This document shows, one piece after another, positions 24,080-38,103 of a stretch of 64,000 nt of DNA. Each line of letters begins with the position of its first letter. Position 1 is the first letter of the stretch. Below the pieces are notes generated by a model. It saw only the letters and a list, made by a program, of their open reading frames with translations, was not told the DNA's origin and ran no database searches. The stretch is taken from the NCBI RefSeq assembly GCF_041146345.1, contig NW_027191419.1, forward strand, positions 186,001 to 250,000, read 5' to 3'. The DNA is from Neodothiora populina (Eukaryota). The position numbers and the translations under genes are program-made.

Positions 24080-25145
24080 GTCAGTCAACCAGACAGTCAG
24101 TCAATCAGTCAGACAGTCAACTAGCCATTCAATCAATCAATCCAAAGCGCAAAATACAAACAAAACGCCGAGAATCCAGGAACAAAGACGTAGACTGTAC
24201 TGCAAAGTAATGAACAGCACTACTCCATCCAGAGGGTTTCCCACCCAGAAGGAAAAAGAGAGAGAAGAAGATTACGGATACAATGGCATTCCCCTCGACG
24301 TACGAGGTTCAACTTCACACATGTAAGATGTACTGTACCTTGACTTGTTTCTCCATTCCGTTCCGTTGGGCCATGTCTTTCGTCCTTGCTTTTATATACC
24401 GACTAAGCCATCTCTCGTGCTCGGGGCCTTGCTGTCCTGCTGTCCTGCCATCCCCATCCCCATGACTCTGACTCTGACTCTGATGTATCTCCCGTGCTGG
24501 GTTATACTCAACAGCCATCTCGTCCCTCATCTAGTCCATCTAGCCCATCTCCAACCTCCACAAGGACACTTCGCGAGTGTAAGCTTACGGCACAGCGAGG
24601 AGGCAGTCAGGAGGCAGTGAAAGGCGAAGACGAGACTCGAGACCTGCGCGCTCGATCGAGGCAGTTGACTCGCAGACCCGTGGGCTTAGATAAGGACCTG
24701 GTTGGCTCTGGCTCTGGCTCTGGCTGTGCTTCTGGCTCTGAATGTCGAGAAAGATGCAGTAGTAAGGCGCGCGGATATGCATGCGAGACGCAGGGACCAC
24801 TCGAGTATCTATTGCAGCGCGAGACGGAGACTTGAACAAGAAGAGCAAAGGTAATAATGGGGCGATGAGTGAAGAATGGCTTTTGATCTTCTTCGTAACA
24901 TGATTAGACTCGGGATCTTTTAGCAGTTCTTGGAACTAGTGGTCGGCGGCTCTGACTTGGAAAGACGGGGGAGGAAAGGAAAGAAAGGGTTGGGTTCAGA
25001 TTAAATCAGATTTCCGAGTACGAAGAAGAAGAATAAACACAAAACAGCCATGTATGTATGTGGTTCTCCGAATGCCGTTGTCGTTTGTTCGTTTGTCGTT
25101 TTCCTCTTCTTTTCTCTTTTCTTTTCTTTTCTTTTCTTTTCTTTC
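24080..25145. repeat. Cluster of simple repeats between convergent 3' ends: TCAG/TCAA, (ACTCTG)n, (GGCTCT)n, (CTTTT)n
   Basis: Visible at ~24080-24140, ~24464-24482, ~24703-24740 and ~25105-25145. Confidence 0.8.
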
Positions 25146-25378
25146 CGTTCGTTGCTCTCGCTTTTGCAAAGGCGGAAAGAAAATAATAAAGACACCTTAC
25201 TGCCCTTGCTTTGGAGAAAAGGAAAAACACGAACACGGCAGGTTGGGCTCAAGTCGTCGTCGTCTTTCTCTTTTCGTTCTTGCGTTCTTTTCTCTCTTTA
25301 TAGAAAGCACGCCCATCCACACTCTTTCTCTCTCACAACACTTGTACACCGATCAACCAACCAACCAACCACACAGAT

Positions 25379-26996
25379 CTATCCCTTTCTACGACTCCTG
25401 GGCTGGGTCTGTTCGTCCATGCCAGAAGCACTGACAGGCGAGCCGTTCAAGTGCACCTGCGGCGTCTCCTGTTTCTTCTCTGCCGCGTCTCCCACCACTT
25501 CGGTCTCATCTTCCTCCTCCTCTTCGTCTTCACTTCTCTCGTCGGCAGCGACATTGACAGTGAGATAACGGTACAGGATGCGCATGATCAAGAAGAACCA
25601 AAAGGCGTTGAGGGCTTGCAGCATCAGCAGCAGAGAAAAAGTGATGACCTGCGAGATCCAGCATTTGTATTGTTGCGTCTCCCAGTCCAGAGCAAAGGGC
25701 CCGACTGTCTTAAAGGTCGTCAGGGTCGCCCACAGGATGCATAGATTGATGTAGTGTCGCAGATAGGCCCACACGCCGATGAACCAGATGAAACAGGGTA
25801 TGACCATGGGAGAGTCGATGTAGTTGAGGATTTTGGAAGTCTGCGTCAACACTGTCAGTCACGGATGCAAAAAAAAAAAAAAAAAGAGAAGACAAAAGGC
25901 TTACGGCGAGCGCAAAGTCGGAAATGTCGTGGGTAATGTACACGGCAATCCCCATGTATGTAAAATGGAACCGGTAGCTCAGCCAGATCAACGACAGCGT
26001 GACAATGTGGTGCATGACGAACTCCTTGAAATCCTTCCTGGGCTTCTCCAACATCAGGCACAAGACGAGACCCTGCTGTGCCCAGTAACTAGCCTGCAAC
26101 AGATAATAGGCCTTGACGATGCCCTCGTGGGTCCTGTGTGGGAAACCTTCGAACATGCCCGTAGTGTTGAAGTACCAGACGGGCGTGCGGCTCATGACAT
26201 ACAGACCGAAAGGTCCGTAGAGGCCAAAGTAGATTGCCGAGTAGAACTGCTCCATGAACCTCGCTTGCTTCGCGCGCTTCTTGATCCCAAAGTATATGGC
26301 CAAAGGACGGATCAGGCGCTGCATGAGAAACTCGCGCGTGAAACTCAGGACGATGGCGTAGAATGCAACAAAGGCAAAGTCGGCTTTGCCCTTGCCATAG
26401 TGGATTGGCGCATCTGGAGTCACGGGATCTTGCGGGTATGAGAGGTAGATGCAGGCGTGGAATGGGTTCGAGGGCGAAGGGTCGACGGCGTACAGACCCA
26501 GTATGATCAGAACAATGATAAGAGGGTTGAGCCAGGTGTGTCGCAGGGACAGGCGCACGTAGCGTCGTAGCAGAGAGCGAGCCTTTCTTCGTTTCGATCG
26601 TCGAGGCAGTGCTTCTTCCGAAGCAGAAGGTGTGGATGATGACTGTGGCCTAACGTCAGTCTGACTCGATGCATTCTTTTTTTGCTAGCTACCAGCTACT
26701 CGTCTTTTCTTTGATCTGTTCATGCATCTCCGTCCGCACAGGAATCGAAGAACAGAGAGCAAAGAAAAAAAGGCACTTACACTCAGAGCTCCACCAGGCG
26801 CTCTACTAGGCGTCAGTGTAGCAAATGCAACACCACCAGTGTCTCCCCTGGGATCCTCGCCCAGGATGCTGCTCTTACGCCGCCGTCTGGAAGGGTCGTC
26901 TTCGGATTGAGAGAGCTGTGTCGATGCGCCGCTGCCGCCATTGATCGGAGGCATTGGTTCGACATTGGGAAAGGGCTCGAGCTTCTGGTCTGCCAT
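25379..26996 (-). CDS. LAG1: Ceramide synthase (Lag1/Lac1, TLC domain), 3 exons
   Basis: MADQKLEPF start at 26996; introns ~26780-26643 and ~25904-25841. Lag1p motif EKPRKDFKEFVMHHIVTLSLI..HDISDF and an acidic DERSEDEEEE tail. Confidence 0.95.
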
Positions 26997-28280
26997 GACT
27001 GTTGATTTGTTGGTGGTTTTGTTTCTTATTGTGTGATGGTGGGTGTTGCACCTTATGCTGCCGTCATGCGTGGATCTGCGGGTGCATATATATACATGTG
27101 CTTTTCGGAGTATCGTGTGTGTGTGCAGACCGTGTCCAGAGACGGTCGAGTGGAACCTCAATATAGCACAAGTTGGCACAAGGCAGGCTATAGTAACCTC
27201 CGAGTCGTCAAGCAGCTGCTAGCAGGAGCAAGAGGTAGGACAGTCGATAATACAAGAAAAGACTCAAGTCTGGCGGTGGATAAGGTAAGTCAAGTGGGTG
27301 GGTGGAGATGGTCCGAATGGAAATTAATGCCCGCGCTGTATGTCTGTGAAATGTTTTTATGCAACTTGCTCTTGTACTGCGACACAGAGAGAACAGATTG
27401 TTATGGTTTTTTATCCTAGAAGCCTTCAGTGTTTTCTGTAACAAATACACCTTACCTCATGGCTTCGCCGGAAATTAAAGGGCGCTTCTTTTTTGCTGCC
27501 GGGCGGAGGCTGCGGATGGCGTTTGGCGGCGCGCGGTCGGGATCAGTCGGCGCTATTTTGTATTTTGTTATACCTACCTTGAGGTATTCAGAGGAGCATC
27601 ATACTTGTACACGGCAGCCCTCTGCTCGACTCTCCTCGCACACCACTGGGTGCTACTTTATAAGCAACCTCTTTCACATGATCCTTGGCGTGTTGCAGAT
27701 CACTGAGACTGCGTCGATGAGAGAGCAAAGTGAGATGCTCAAGGTCCACTCGGACAACCGATCCGTGACCACAGTGTCCTGTCAGAAGGAAAGAAGGAAG
27801 AAAGACAACTGACATCTTGCTGCTCTCATAGGTGGTGTTGGTATAAGTCATGATAGCCAGTAGCGACCGAATTATGAGTGCATGTCAAACTTGCCCTTCT
27901 GCTTATTCTCCATGCTCTTCCTTTCTGAGAGAGATGCCAATACTCGAGAAACAGCAGAGGGAGCGCGGCATTGGTCGAAACATATGCAGAAAACAGTCAT
28001 GTTGACGAAACTTGCAAGCCTATGAAAAGAGAACCTCTGCTTTTCGAAATCTGCCCTTCCATACCTGTTCCTGGCTAGGTTCTTGGGGTCCTAGCCTACT
28101 CGAATGCAAGACCGAATGTCCCAGGCAGCCCTGACCTTTTTGCCTTCCCATGCCGACACCACACACCTCGCCTTATGCGCGGCCTTTTCTGCTCTGCTAT
28201 GCCCTGCTCCTTGAAAGAATCCCCGAGGAAAACACAAACGCCCTCTTCAACCCAAAACATCCCCTCTGCACACTGCTCCC

Positions 28281-30004
28281 CTAGTAGCGAGGCACTTCAT
28301 TGCTACTGAGTGCACTTCTCTTCATCGGGGGAGGTGGAGGCGGCTTCTTTGCCCTGCTAGGTGGAGGCGGGGGCGGGCCCTTCTTCCTGCCCATTCCTCC
28401 ATCGTCCCCGTAACCTCCTCCGTTGCTGTATTGCTGTGATTGCTGACCGCCCTGGACACTCCAGCTGGCGCTTCTGCTCTCGTTGTAGCTGTTGCCTCCA
28501 CCATTGTTGTTGTAATTGTTGTAGCTACCCGAAGGAGATATACTGCGATTGTCGCGGTAGTCGTCCATTTCCGGGTCACCAAAGACATCAGAGTCGGTGC
28601 CGCTTCGTGAGTTGACGGGCTTGAGTTGGCTTCTTCCCAGAGCGATTCCTCCGTTGCTGCTTCCGTCCGTTGCGACACGCGCGATGCGGTGCATTGGTGC
28701 GGGGCTGACATCTCTGCTGTTTTGGTAGCTGCTGCTGGCTGGTCCTTCGAAGGTGCCCGTTGTTGCGCTTCTCGACGTGATCTGTGGTCGAGTGGTCGTC
28801 GTTTGAACTGGCAAGTCGAATCCGGGCAGCTCACGGCGGGGAGAGTTTTGCGTGCTGTTTGTTCGCGATCGAGATGCGAATGTAGGTGGAGGGCGTAGAG
28901 CGGAGTCGTTGAAGGATGAAGAAACCATGGTGCTCGGGGACTGCGAGTAGACGTGCTCCTCTGGATCCTCGCTTATGCCACCATTGCTACTTCCGCCTCG
29001 GAAGGAGTTGTTGGTGTTGCTTCTGCTTCGAGGGGTGCGGCGGTTGCCAAAAGAGTGGCCGGTCTGGTTGTTTGGGTTTCTGTCGCTCTCCCTGTTAGTC
29101 ATGTCCCGGCCAGAACAAAAGAAATGGAAAAGACATACGCTGGCCAGTCTCGCTTCAGCTGCATGAGCACCTCTCTGGCTCTGTCGTAGTAGGCGAACTC
29201 GGCCTCAAGGAAGGCTGTCAAATCCGCAATACTGTCTACTTCTGCCTCCTTGATGTCCAGCATCCTCCTATGCACATCATCCTGAGACTCTTCGTATTTG
29301 GCTCTCTGGGCCCTCAGCTCCTCCTCCATGCGGAAGTCCTCCTTCTTCGATTTGTTCATCTTGGCTTGCGAGGTGTCGAATGCAAGGCGGCGTTGGTCGA
29401 GCTTCTTGCGGGCAGTCTGCATGCGGTGGTCAGTACAACAGCTGAGCAGCGTCTATCAGGGATTCGTCGAACCTGGTACTCCTTCATCTGGGCAAGAGAT
29501 CGTTCGACAGACTCCAGCCAGCTCGTGGTGGCATTCGCCACGTAGTTCTCCTGCATGCGGGCGATGCGCTCGTTGGCCCTTCCGAAGCCTGTCACTTGGT
29601 GTCAGTACTGCACGACTCCACTCACTCGAAATGCCGGGGCTGCACTCTCGTACCTGTCAGACACTGGCCGAATTCAGAGTCAGGCTCGAAGTCATCTGCG
29701 TGATGAACCATGGTGGCACCCATGAGTCCAATGGGCAGCGCCTTCTCCTTGTCTTCGGCTTCCTTGACTTTACTGAGTGATTTGATGTAGGTTGTCGTGC
29801 TCTTCTGCATCCGATCCATTCCTGTTGGGAACCAAGGTCAGCGGAAGGCGCAAGCATACACCTCACTAGAGACGCACCTTCGTGTCTGAGCTGCATCTCC
29901 ATTTCGAGAGCTTTGAACTCATCTGTCTGGCCAGTCTTGACCTCTCCGCCCATTCGTTCGCCCGCCCATTGCTTCATGCGGTCGAGCCGCTTGTTGATGT
30001 TCAT
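28281..30004 (-). CDS. N-BAR domain protein (endophilin-like) with proline-rich C-terminus, 5 exons
   Basis: MNINKRLDRMKQWAGERMG amphipathic start, then BAR helices (ARKKLDQRRLAFD, RAKYEES). Four GT-AG introns. Tail KKGPPPPPPSRAKKPPPPPP; no SH3 domain seen. Confidence 0.88.
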
Positions 30005-31591
30005 GATGGGTGGATTGCTGGTATTTATCCGAGGTTGCCGTATCTATTGGCTGTAGTGGTTACAGCGATGTTAAACAAGTGGGTTGAGTTAATCAGCAGA
30101 AAGACACCCCAGATCTCCAAAGTCGACAAGTATACGGGGCGACGACAGAAGAAGAACTGGAGGAAGAGGAAAGAGAAGGGTCAAAGGAGGGGCGGCTGTA
30201 CGAGAGAGGAGGAGATGACACGATGTGCACACACGGAACGATAGCGGGGAGATAATCGTGAGATATATCCCAATTAATCTCTCCAAGGGTTCGAAGCGAG
30301 TTTCACGATTCAACGACTGCCGTGAAAGAGTACGAGTTGCACATGGAAGAAACAGATCTCTTGTCTTGCTCTACAAGTACCTGATTCTTCTACTCTTGTG
30401 CGCCGAGAGAGCCCAGCCCGTACTTGTATACCTGTCTTACGAGTATAGTTACTTTCAACCCCCCAGCCATGCGATGCCGTTCATCCTAGAAAAGTCTCCC
30501 TGAAGTCTCTCTTAGATTGCTTTTTCTCGCACCACGCCTCGGCGTCTAAATCTTGACTCGCAAGGCAGGAGGCTGGATGGGTGATTATAATGACCATGGC
30601 AGGCCGATCACAAAACCAACCGGTGACGAGCACCAGAACCGACAACGACGTCTTGTGAAGGGCGATAATAAAAGATTGCGAGTCTCACAGTGATCGTCCT
30701 TGGATTCTGTAACATCCCCAGACTATTGACAACCTTCGGGAGTTCCACTTCTGCTCAGGGGAACGTCTAAACCGTTTGAGATCAGCCGCGCGTTCTGACC
30801 CACGCGAATTGCTGCTGCTGTGTTGGCCAAAACTCAAACCTTCTCGCTCCTCGCCCATGCCTTGCCTTGTTTTGCTCCTCGCCCACTCGGCCACCCACCC
30901 GCTTGGCGAATCGCGACAGAGTCAGAAGGGAATGCCTATTTTTAGTGATATATGTTTTTCCTTCTGGAAGAAATTCGTGTAGAGAGATACGTGAACAATC
31001 TAGATTGTCTAGCTACAATTGCGCAGTCCACATTCAACACGAGCGGCCGATGACAGACTTCGTTGTCGTGAAATCACTTCATCAATGTTCTTGGACACAT
31101 GATCAACCGCTCACGAAGTACTATAACCAGCTTTTTCATCACTGTAGTCTTCAATCCATTGTACGTGCATATGGTAGCGTTCACGTAATTACCAACACAA
31201 TGAGTTCTCACAAGGGCTATCCGGGAAAAAATAATAAACGTGATGTGACAATCGAGACTTACTTGCCCCGGCCCATTGCAAACATACATTGTGAACTGAT
31301 ACAGCGTGTATGATGTCGGCCCGCTCCCTTCTGTGTGCTGGCACCGTGATGATGTCCATGTCAACATGCTTGCTACACTCTATCCGTGCCATCACCTGCT
31401 GCTGCCGTCTCCCGCATCGTGGCAGTTCATGGGCAAAAACGTCATGGTCATGGATTCTTTTGGTGTATTCCTGCATGGTAGCTAACCCCAGAAAAGGTAC
31501 AGGAACAAAGCATGATGTGTGCCATCGCTCATTCGGCAAATAAAGTCCCAACTCCGATCCCTTAACCACCCACAATTCCATCGAACTACAT

Positions 31592-32654
31592 CTAGTCCTT
31601 GGTCTTCTGGGTACCGCGGAGCAGACCGGTTCTTCTGGCGGCGATGAGACCGGCCTTTTGACCTTGTGCGGCGTAGCGGGAGATGGTCGAAGCCTTACCG
31701 ATATGCTGGTGGTTACCACCACCGTGAGGCTGTGAGAATCATTAGCGTCCTGTCTCTGATGGTTTTGCCGTTGCTGCTGCCGCGGCGATTGGTTAGATCT
31801 GGAAAGGGGGATTCGTACATGGTCGACGGGGTTCATGGCAACACCACGAGTCTTGGGCCATGAGTTTCTCTTGACGGCGAACTTGTGCTTGGCGCGCGAA
31901 GCCTTGAGGAGAGGCTTGTCGGTACGGCCACCACCGGCGACAATACCAACCATACCACGGGCGGTGCTCTTGACGACCTTCTTGGCGCCGGAGGGGAGCT
32001 TGACACGGGTCTTGCCCTCGTCGGGGTTGTGGCCAATGACGGTGACGTAGTTGCCAGAAGTTCTTCCGAGCGCACCACGGTCTCCCTGCTTCTCCTCGAC
32101 GTTGGTGACGACGGTACCCTCAGGGCATGAGCCGAGGGGAAGGACGTTGCCGATGTTGAGGGAGGCGTTCTTGCCGGCGTAGATGAACTGGCCGGTGTAC
32201 ATGCCCTCGTTGGCGATGAAGGTCTCGGTGCGGATCTTGAACTGGTAAGGATCACGGAACTGGACCTTGGCGAGAGGAGCACCACGACCGGGATCGTGGA
32301 TGATCTCCTTTACGACACCGCGGACGTATCCATGTCTCTCGGCGAAGTCGAGGGTACGGAATTGAGCGGGGGCCTTGTTGAGTCCTTTGAAAATATCAAA
32401 TCAGTCATTCGTTCTCGTTTTGATTCATGCTTTCGAATCGTAGCATCGGGACAGGAGAGCGCATACTGGTGTGAGCCTGCGCAGAGATTGTCAGTAAGTG
32501 GTCTGTTCGGATTTTCGCATTGCTGTCATGCTGCTGGGAGAACGTACAGTGAAGATAGAGCCACGGCCCTTCCTCTGGTTACGAATGACACGACCCTGCG
32601 ATTGATTAGTATTTTGAGATGCGACATGTTCGATTGCAGAGTCCACGGTACCAT
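31592..32654 (-). CDS. RPL2: 60S ribosomal protein uL2 (L2/L8), 5 coding exons
   Basis: Spliced product [64 protein letters not shown]. Confidence 0.98.
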
Positions 32655-33943
32655 TTTGGCGGCTTGGGGGAAGAGTCGATTGTCGTTGGTCGCTGGATCA
32701 GAAAAGAGGCGTCTTGTAGACCTGCGAGAGAACTTCGAATGTGTGAAGCTGCGCACGGCCCTCAAATTTAGCGAGACCGCCCGGATTTGGTCATTTCGGT
32801 CCGCCGCGCCCTCCAGCTTTGCGAAGCTGCAACGTCCACCCTCACCTTTGGTCCAAAGGTCTCTGCCTCAGGCCATCTGTATTGGCCTACCCTTGTCTTG
32901 CATCAATAGAACATGACTGATGTGTCACTATGTCTGCAGTGTGATAATCGTACAGTACATGCTTTTGAGAAGCCACTTGGATGTGTCGATTGTGTCTCGA
33001 TCGGATCTACTGTTCACGCATGCTCCTAGCCTTGGCAAAGCTCACTTTCCCTCTCACTGCGTCGAAATGCTTTTTCGCAGTTCAATATGAACTTATCTAG
33101 GAATAATCGGCAAGTACTCACCATTCTGTATCTCATCAACAAGTTACATGAGCAATACGAGCATGGACAGACCTTGGTCTTCGGGCTTAGGTACTCGATC
33201 GAGAGCAGTCATTCGACACCCAATCGTTCAAGGCAAGATCGTTGTCTTCTCTTCTGCGGTACTTCACTATCGTGGAAGATATCCAGGAATCCTCTCCCTC
33301 TACTTTCGTGAATATGATCACGATCCAAGCCATTCTGAAGATTCCCACAATGCGAGAGTCCTGAGATCGCACATGTAGGCCCCCGCTAGTGACCACTTCA
33401 CTTTTGATAGAGCCAATATCAAAACGCACCGCTGCACCATTAGAGTGTCAAGGACCAACGCAGACCAGTCGTCTTGGCAGTACATGGATACGCACAAAGA
33501 TCAAGGAATAGCATTGACTACCTTACCTTATCAGGCGTTTGAAGGGACTTGAGTCGAGATGCTCCAACAGCTGCGAGTGACCAAGCAAAAGATGCAGGCA
33601 TCACAGAGTCTCAAAGTCAAGGTCCAGCATTGGCAACACATATTAGATGCCAGTCGCATGTGTACAGTACAGTGCGCTACCTCAGAATGTAACACGACGC
33701 CCCGCAGCATATGCGTTGTCTCCTCGGTCGCTCACCACAGAGCAGCAGAGTGGCAGAGTGGGCCGCTACTAGTGTACTTGTACTTGTAATTGGAAAGTCT
33801 GGGGAATATGCCGCGGTGGTCGCTGCACGTTGCGTAGTTGTCGCGCTCCTTTTAACACTTTACGCAACTCGTGCTTCAGTCGATTTGTACATGTCTGCAA
33901 GAATAATAAGTATACACACTCCACCTTTGACGAGCTACGTATC

Positions 33944-36200
33944 ATGTCCGATTCGGAGTCATCAGCGCTCTCCTCACCGCCGGCGAGTGACGATGAGAGA
34001 CTTGCACCAATATTCTTAAAAGCCCGGAGCAAGAAAACAAAGGCTGGCAGCAATAATAATGCCAAAAAGATCAAGAAGATCAATGTAGCGCCGCCCACTC
34101 CACCCTCTCCCCCGAGACCAAAGAGGTCGCCTTCTCCGCAGCATGAGGAAACACTCGCCGACAATCCAGACATTGCAGTGAGTTTGCGCTTCTTGGTTGA
34201 TGACCACACTCTACGCGTGGACACGCGACGGCACGATTTGACTGACGCGCATACCTCCTGCACAATAGTTCATCACCATGTTTCGATCGCGCTTCAGCGC
34301 AAGCTTCCCAGCCAAACTGCCCCACTATGGACCGCAAGACATAGAGAGAGGCGTCGTCGATTCCATACCGTCTCCCCAGGTCGAAGATCTCCTATGCGCA
34401 ATCCTGGCTCTTGCCCTGAATCGCAAAAAGCCCATCGAGTATGTGTCGCGAAGCTGCCGTGCCCTGCGCACTCTATTGTGTTTGAACATGGCTGACGTGC
34501 ATATCTTCCAGACGGGGACACCACGGTCGCGCACTCGAGGAAGCAATATCTTCGAACAAGCATCAATGGCCCAAATCATGGAACGGCACCAATCTTGTGC
34601 CTGGCAGCAAGACATTCAATGACTTGGGTCCTGTCGAGAGGGTGAGCATATCCCTATTCATACCCAATTGGGCAGTTCATGGATCACTAACTCCATGTTA
34701 TAGCTCAACCTCGTCAAGACACTCATCATCTGGTCCCTCACCTCGTCCGAAGAAATCAGCAGGACAATCAAGGACTCTTACAAGCAAACCCGACACGAAG
34801 ATGACCAGAACCAACCGCTCTCAGTACAGCCGTGGGGTTTTGACGATGACAAGAGAAAGTACTGGCTCATCGAGGGCCAAGATGACACCAGCTTCAGGGT
34901 GTACAGAGAAGGCAACAGACAATTGAAGAACATCCCCTGGAGGAGCGTGGCCGGAACAATCGACGAAGTCAAGGCTCTGGCCGAACACCTCGACTCCAAA
35001 CACCACACTCAGGCCGCCGGCCGACTGGCCGTGAGAATGCATGCAGCCATTCCCCGATTCGAGGCCACCGAGGAGGTAAGCAGAAAAGCAAGGCCATTGC
35101 CGCATCACGAACCATGTGATTTTAATCTACTGATGCAGAAACGTCGCCGCCGTGAATATCGCCAAATCCGCCGCGCCCAATTCGCTCGTCCTCAGCCTGG
35201 CTTCTCGTTGTACGAGGGTCGCACTCGAGGCAAACGCGCTCGCTACACCTTCGACGATAACGACGACGATGATGACTTCGAGTCGGATGCGCTCTCCGTC
35301 CGCAGATCTACGCGCAACCAATCTGATCGATCGACTCCCGTTGAACAAGGGCCGACAGTCACTGCTAGCGGCCGCACCGTCAAGCCAAGAGGTGGAGGTG
35401 CATACGGTGAAGCGCTGCTGAGTGGACGAATAGCAGGAGTGGATAGTGGAAGCTATGCTGCGTCTGAAATGTCGGACGGCAATGTCACTAATGGGAGAGC
35501 CACAAGAGCCGGTAGACCAGTGAACGGGGCCAGCAACCTGAACGGAAGCCGGAAGAGGAAGCACAGGGACACTTATAACTCTTACGATGGTATGAGCGAC
35601 GAGGAAACTGCACAGGACAGCGGCGATCAATGGGCGGGCGGCGACGATCTCGACGATGACAAGGATGACGCTGATGACAGTGCCGACAACGATATGTCTG
35701 CTGACGAGGAAGATGAGCTGCTCGGGATGCAGCCAAAAGAGCTGATAGTCAGACTCAAGGTGGGGAAAAAGGCAGAGAGTGATGTACCTGCGCCGGCCGC
35801 TCAGCCTCTACAAGAAGATGAGGCAAAGCAAGAGCCAGACGAAGGTCAAAAGCCACTGGTAGCAACACAACCAGAGGCTCAAGCTACTGTAGGCGCAGCA
35901 GCGCCAGCGCCTGTTCAGCTTATCGCGAAACCGGAACCCATGGAGATTGACTCTGCTCCTGCGCCGCCTGCGCATCCCATACCCTTGGAGCTTCCATCTG
36001 AAGAACTAAGCAATATTGCACCTCATCGTTCAGAACCGGCGGCCAATGGTACGATGCACAAAGTGGACTCGCTGGCACATCCAATCAGTGCTCCCGAAGC
36101 ACTCGACTTTGCGGGTGTGCCCGCCACGGGTCAATCTGCGCCGCAGTCTTCTGAACATGTACAGCTGGAGGCGCAGGTGCAAGCCAATGGGTGGAGCTAG
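33944..36200 (+). CDS. WHIM1/WSD-domain chromatin-associated protein (ISWI-accessory, Ioc3-like), 5 exons
   Basis: MSDSESSALSS start. Motifs LADNPDIA|FITMFRSRF, LALNRKKP, QPLSVQPWG..DKRKYWLIEGQDDTSFRVYRE, WRSVAG and GFSLYEGRTRGKR. Four canonical introns. Confidence 0.8.
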
Positions 36201-38103
36201 ATGCTGCTTGCAATCATTGTTATTATTTCTGGGTGTATTCGGCAGCGACTATACCTATACTATGGGAACGGGTGGAGAGGACGGCGTTATATAAGTGTCG
36301 ATCCGCAAGATGCTAATTAGGGTGGCATTGCATGACACGCTACGGCTGATCCGGAATGTACGATGAGCTTCCTCACAAGCATGTCGAGCAGCGACGTTGT
36401 GTGCAGGTGAAATGGCAAAGGATGGGGAAAATATGGTGCTCTGGAAAGTCATGCCAATTCATGGGAATGTAGTACTAGCATTGATGGCTTTGACCCTGCT
36501 GTATGTAGCATGACACTGGAAAAGAGATGATTCAGAACCAAGGCGTTAGCACGTTGGCTGGAGTCGTCTCATGCTAATAATCATAAGTGAAGGTTCGGTG
36601 GCTCTGGTGGGGCGACCCTGGTGCTGCAATATCATGTTACGATGCCAAATCTACGAACCCCCCGTCGGAATGTGTGGTTTGATGTAGCTGTTAGTATTGC
36701 AAAGGCTAGGGGAACATAATCAATACATGCTGCATCGTCTTGAGGACTCGAGTGGCAGGTATGATTGACGTTTCTTCAGCATATTCGTTCTCACTGTCCC
36801 ATCAGGCTGTACCGATGCTTTGGACAGTTCGAGTTATGTCTATCTAGTAAGATGTAGGTAGTGTATCATGACTGAAGCTACACCAAGTGGCGGGTCAAAT
36901 CAGAAGCTGCGTCGTGTCTTCTTTGCACATTGTCTCGGTGATCACACATAGCGACATGTTATATAGTTTCTATCAAACAGTATTAGACCGACCAAGGTAC
37001 AATTCATATCACAGCTGCTACCTGAGTGTAGGTACCGTACGGAGTACCTTAGGTACAGTACAAAGGAAGAGTGCCAAGGTATCGATCGAATCGGAAGTCG
37101 GCGAAATGGTGGCTCAACTTGAGAGTGGCACGAAAAAGGCTTGGCGTGACCGGCAAGTTCCTAATCACTCATTCACGCTCATGTTGGCCCTCGCCCTCGC
37201 CTCGCCCACTCGCTCGCTCCAGGTTCCTGACGCGGCGCATCAGCAGCAGAGCAGCAGAGCAGCAGCAGAAAGCCCATCACTCCCGACCGACCACAAGCCG
37301 AAAGCGAATCAACCCCGCCTAGACACTGACCTTTCCATCAACCAGAACGCGCCTGCGACACCCTGTCGACGCGCTGTGTTGCTGTTTGACTGTCCGTATT
37401 CTGTCCATCCAGTGGTTTGCATCCCCTCCTCCCCCATCACCCAGCAGTCGTTCCCCACTCACCCTTTGCCGACGGACGCTGGACTCCCTTGGCTCTGGCT
37501 CGCCCTTGCTCGCCTCTGGCAATCTGGCAAATCCCGTCAGGACTGACAGAAAGAGATCCGCGGCCACAGCTTCGGACTTTTGCCTGCACTTGCTTGCTTG
37601 TCTCCCTTTCGCTGAAGCTTTGCAGTCTGCAGTTGCCTTATCTAAAGCCTGCACTTTGACTTTGTCAACCTCAGGCATACACAACACACGTCCTCTCGTC
37701 GCGCGACGCTTCCACTGCGAGTCTCGCGAACGACCACACTGCTTCTACACATCGCATCTCCCTTGTCATTTGTGTCTCATCGCCGCATCGTCACGCGCGC
37801 GCGACTTCCGACTCTGCTCGCGACAGCACATCAAGGCATCGCGACCATCATCTGTGCTTGTGTACCATCCATAGACTATTGATCCCCCCCATCAATCCAC
37901 CAGCCAGACGCCGCCGTTCTTTTTCGCGACTGGGACGATCTGGATTAACCAAAAAATCCATCTCGATGCACGTCTTGATTGATTTGCATTGTTCAACAAC
38001 TGTCTAGTAACGCGACTTCCCGATCGTCATTCGACGTGACCTCGCGACCCATTTTTCTTCCATCCTTATCATCATCATTCACTGTCGCTCATCTGCGCCT
38101 ACC

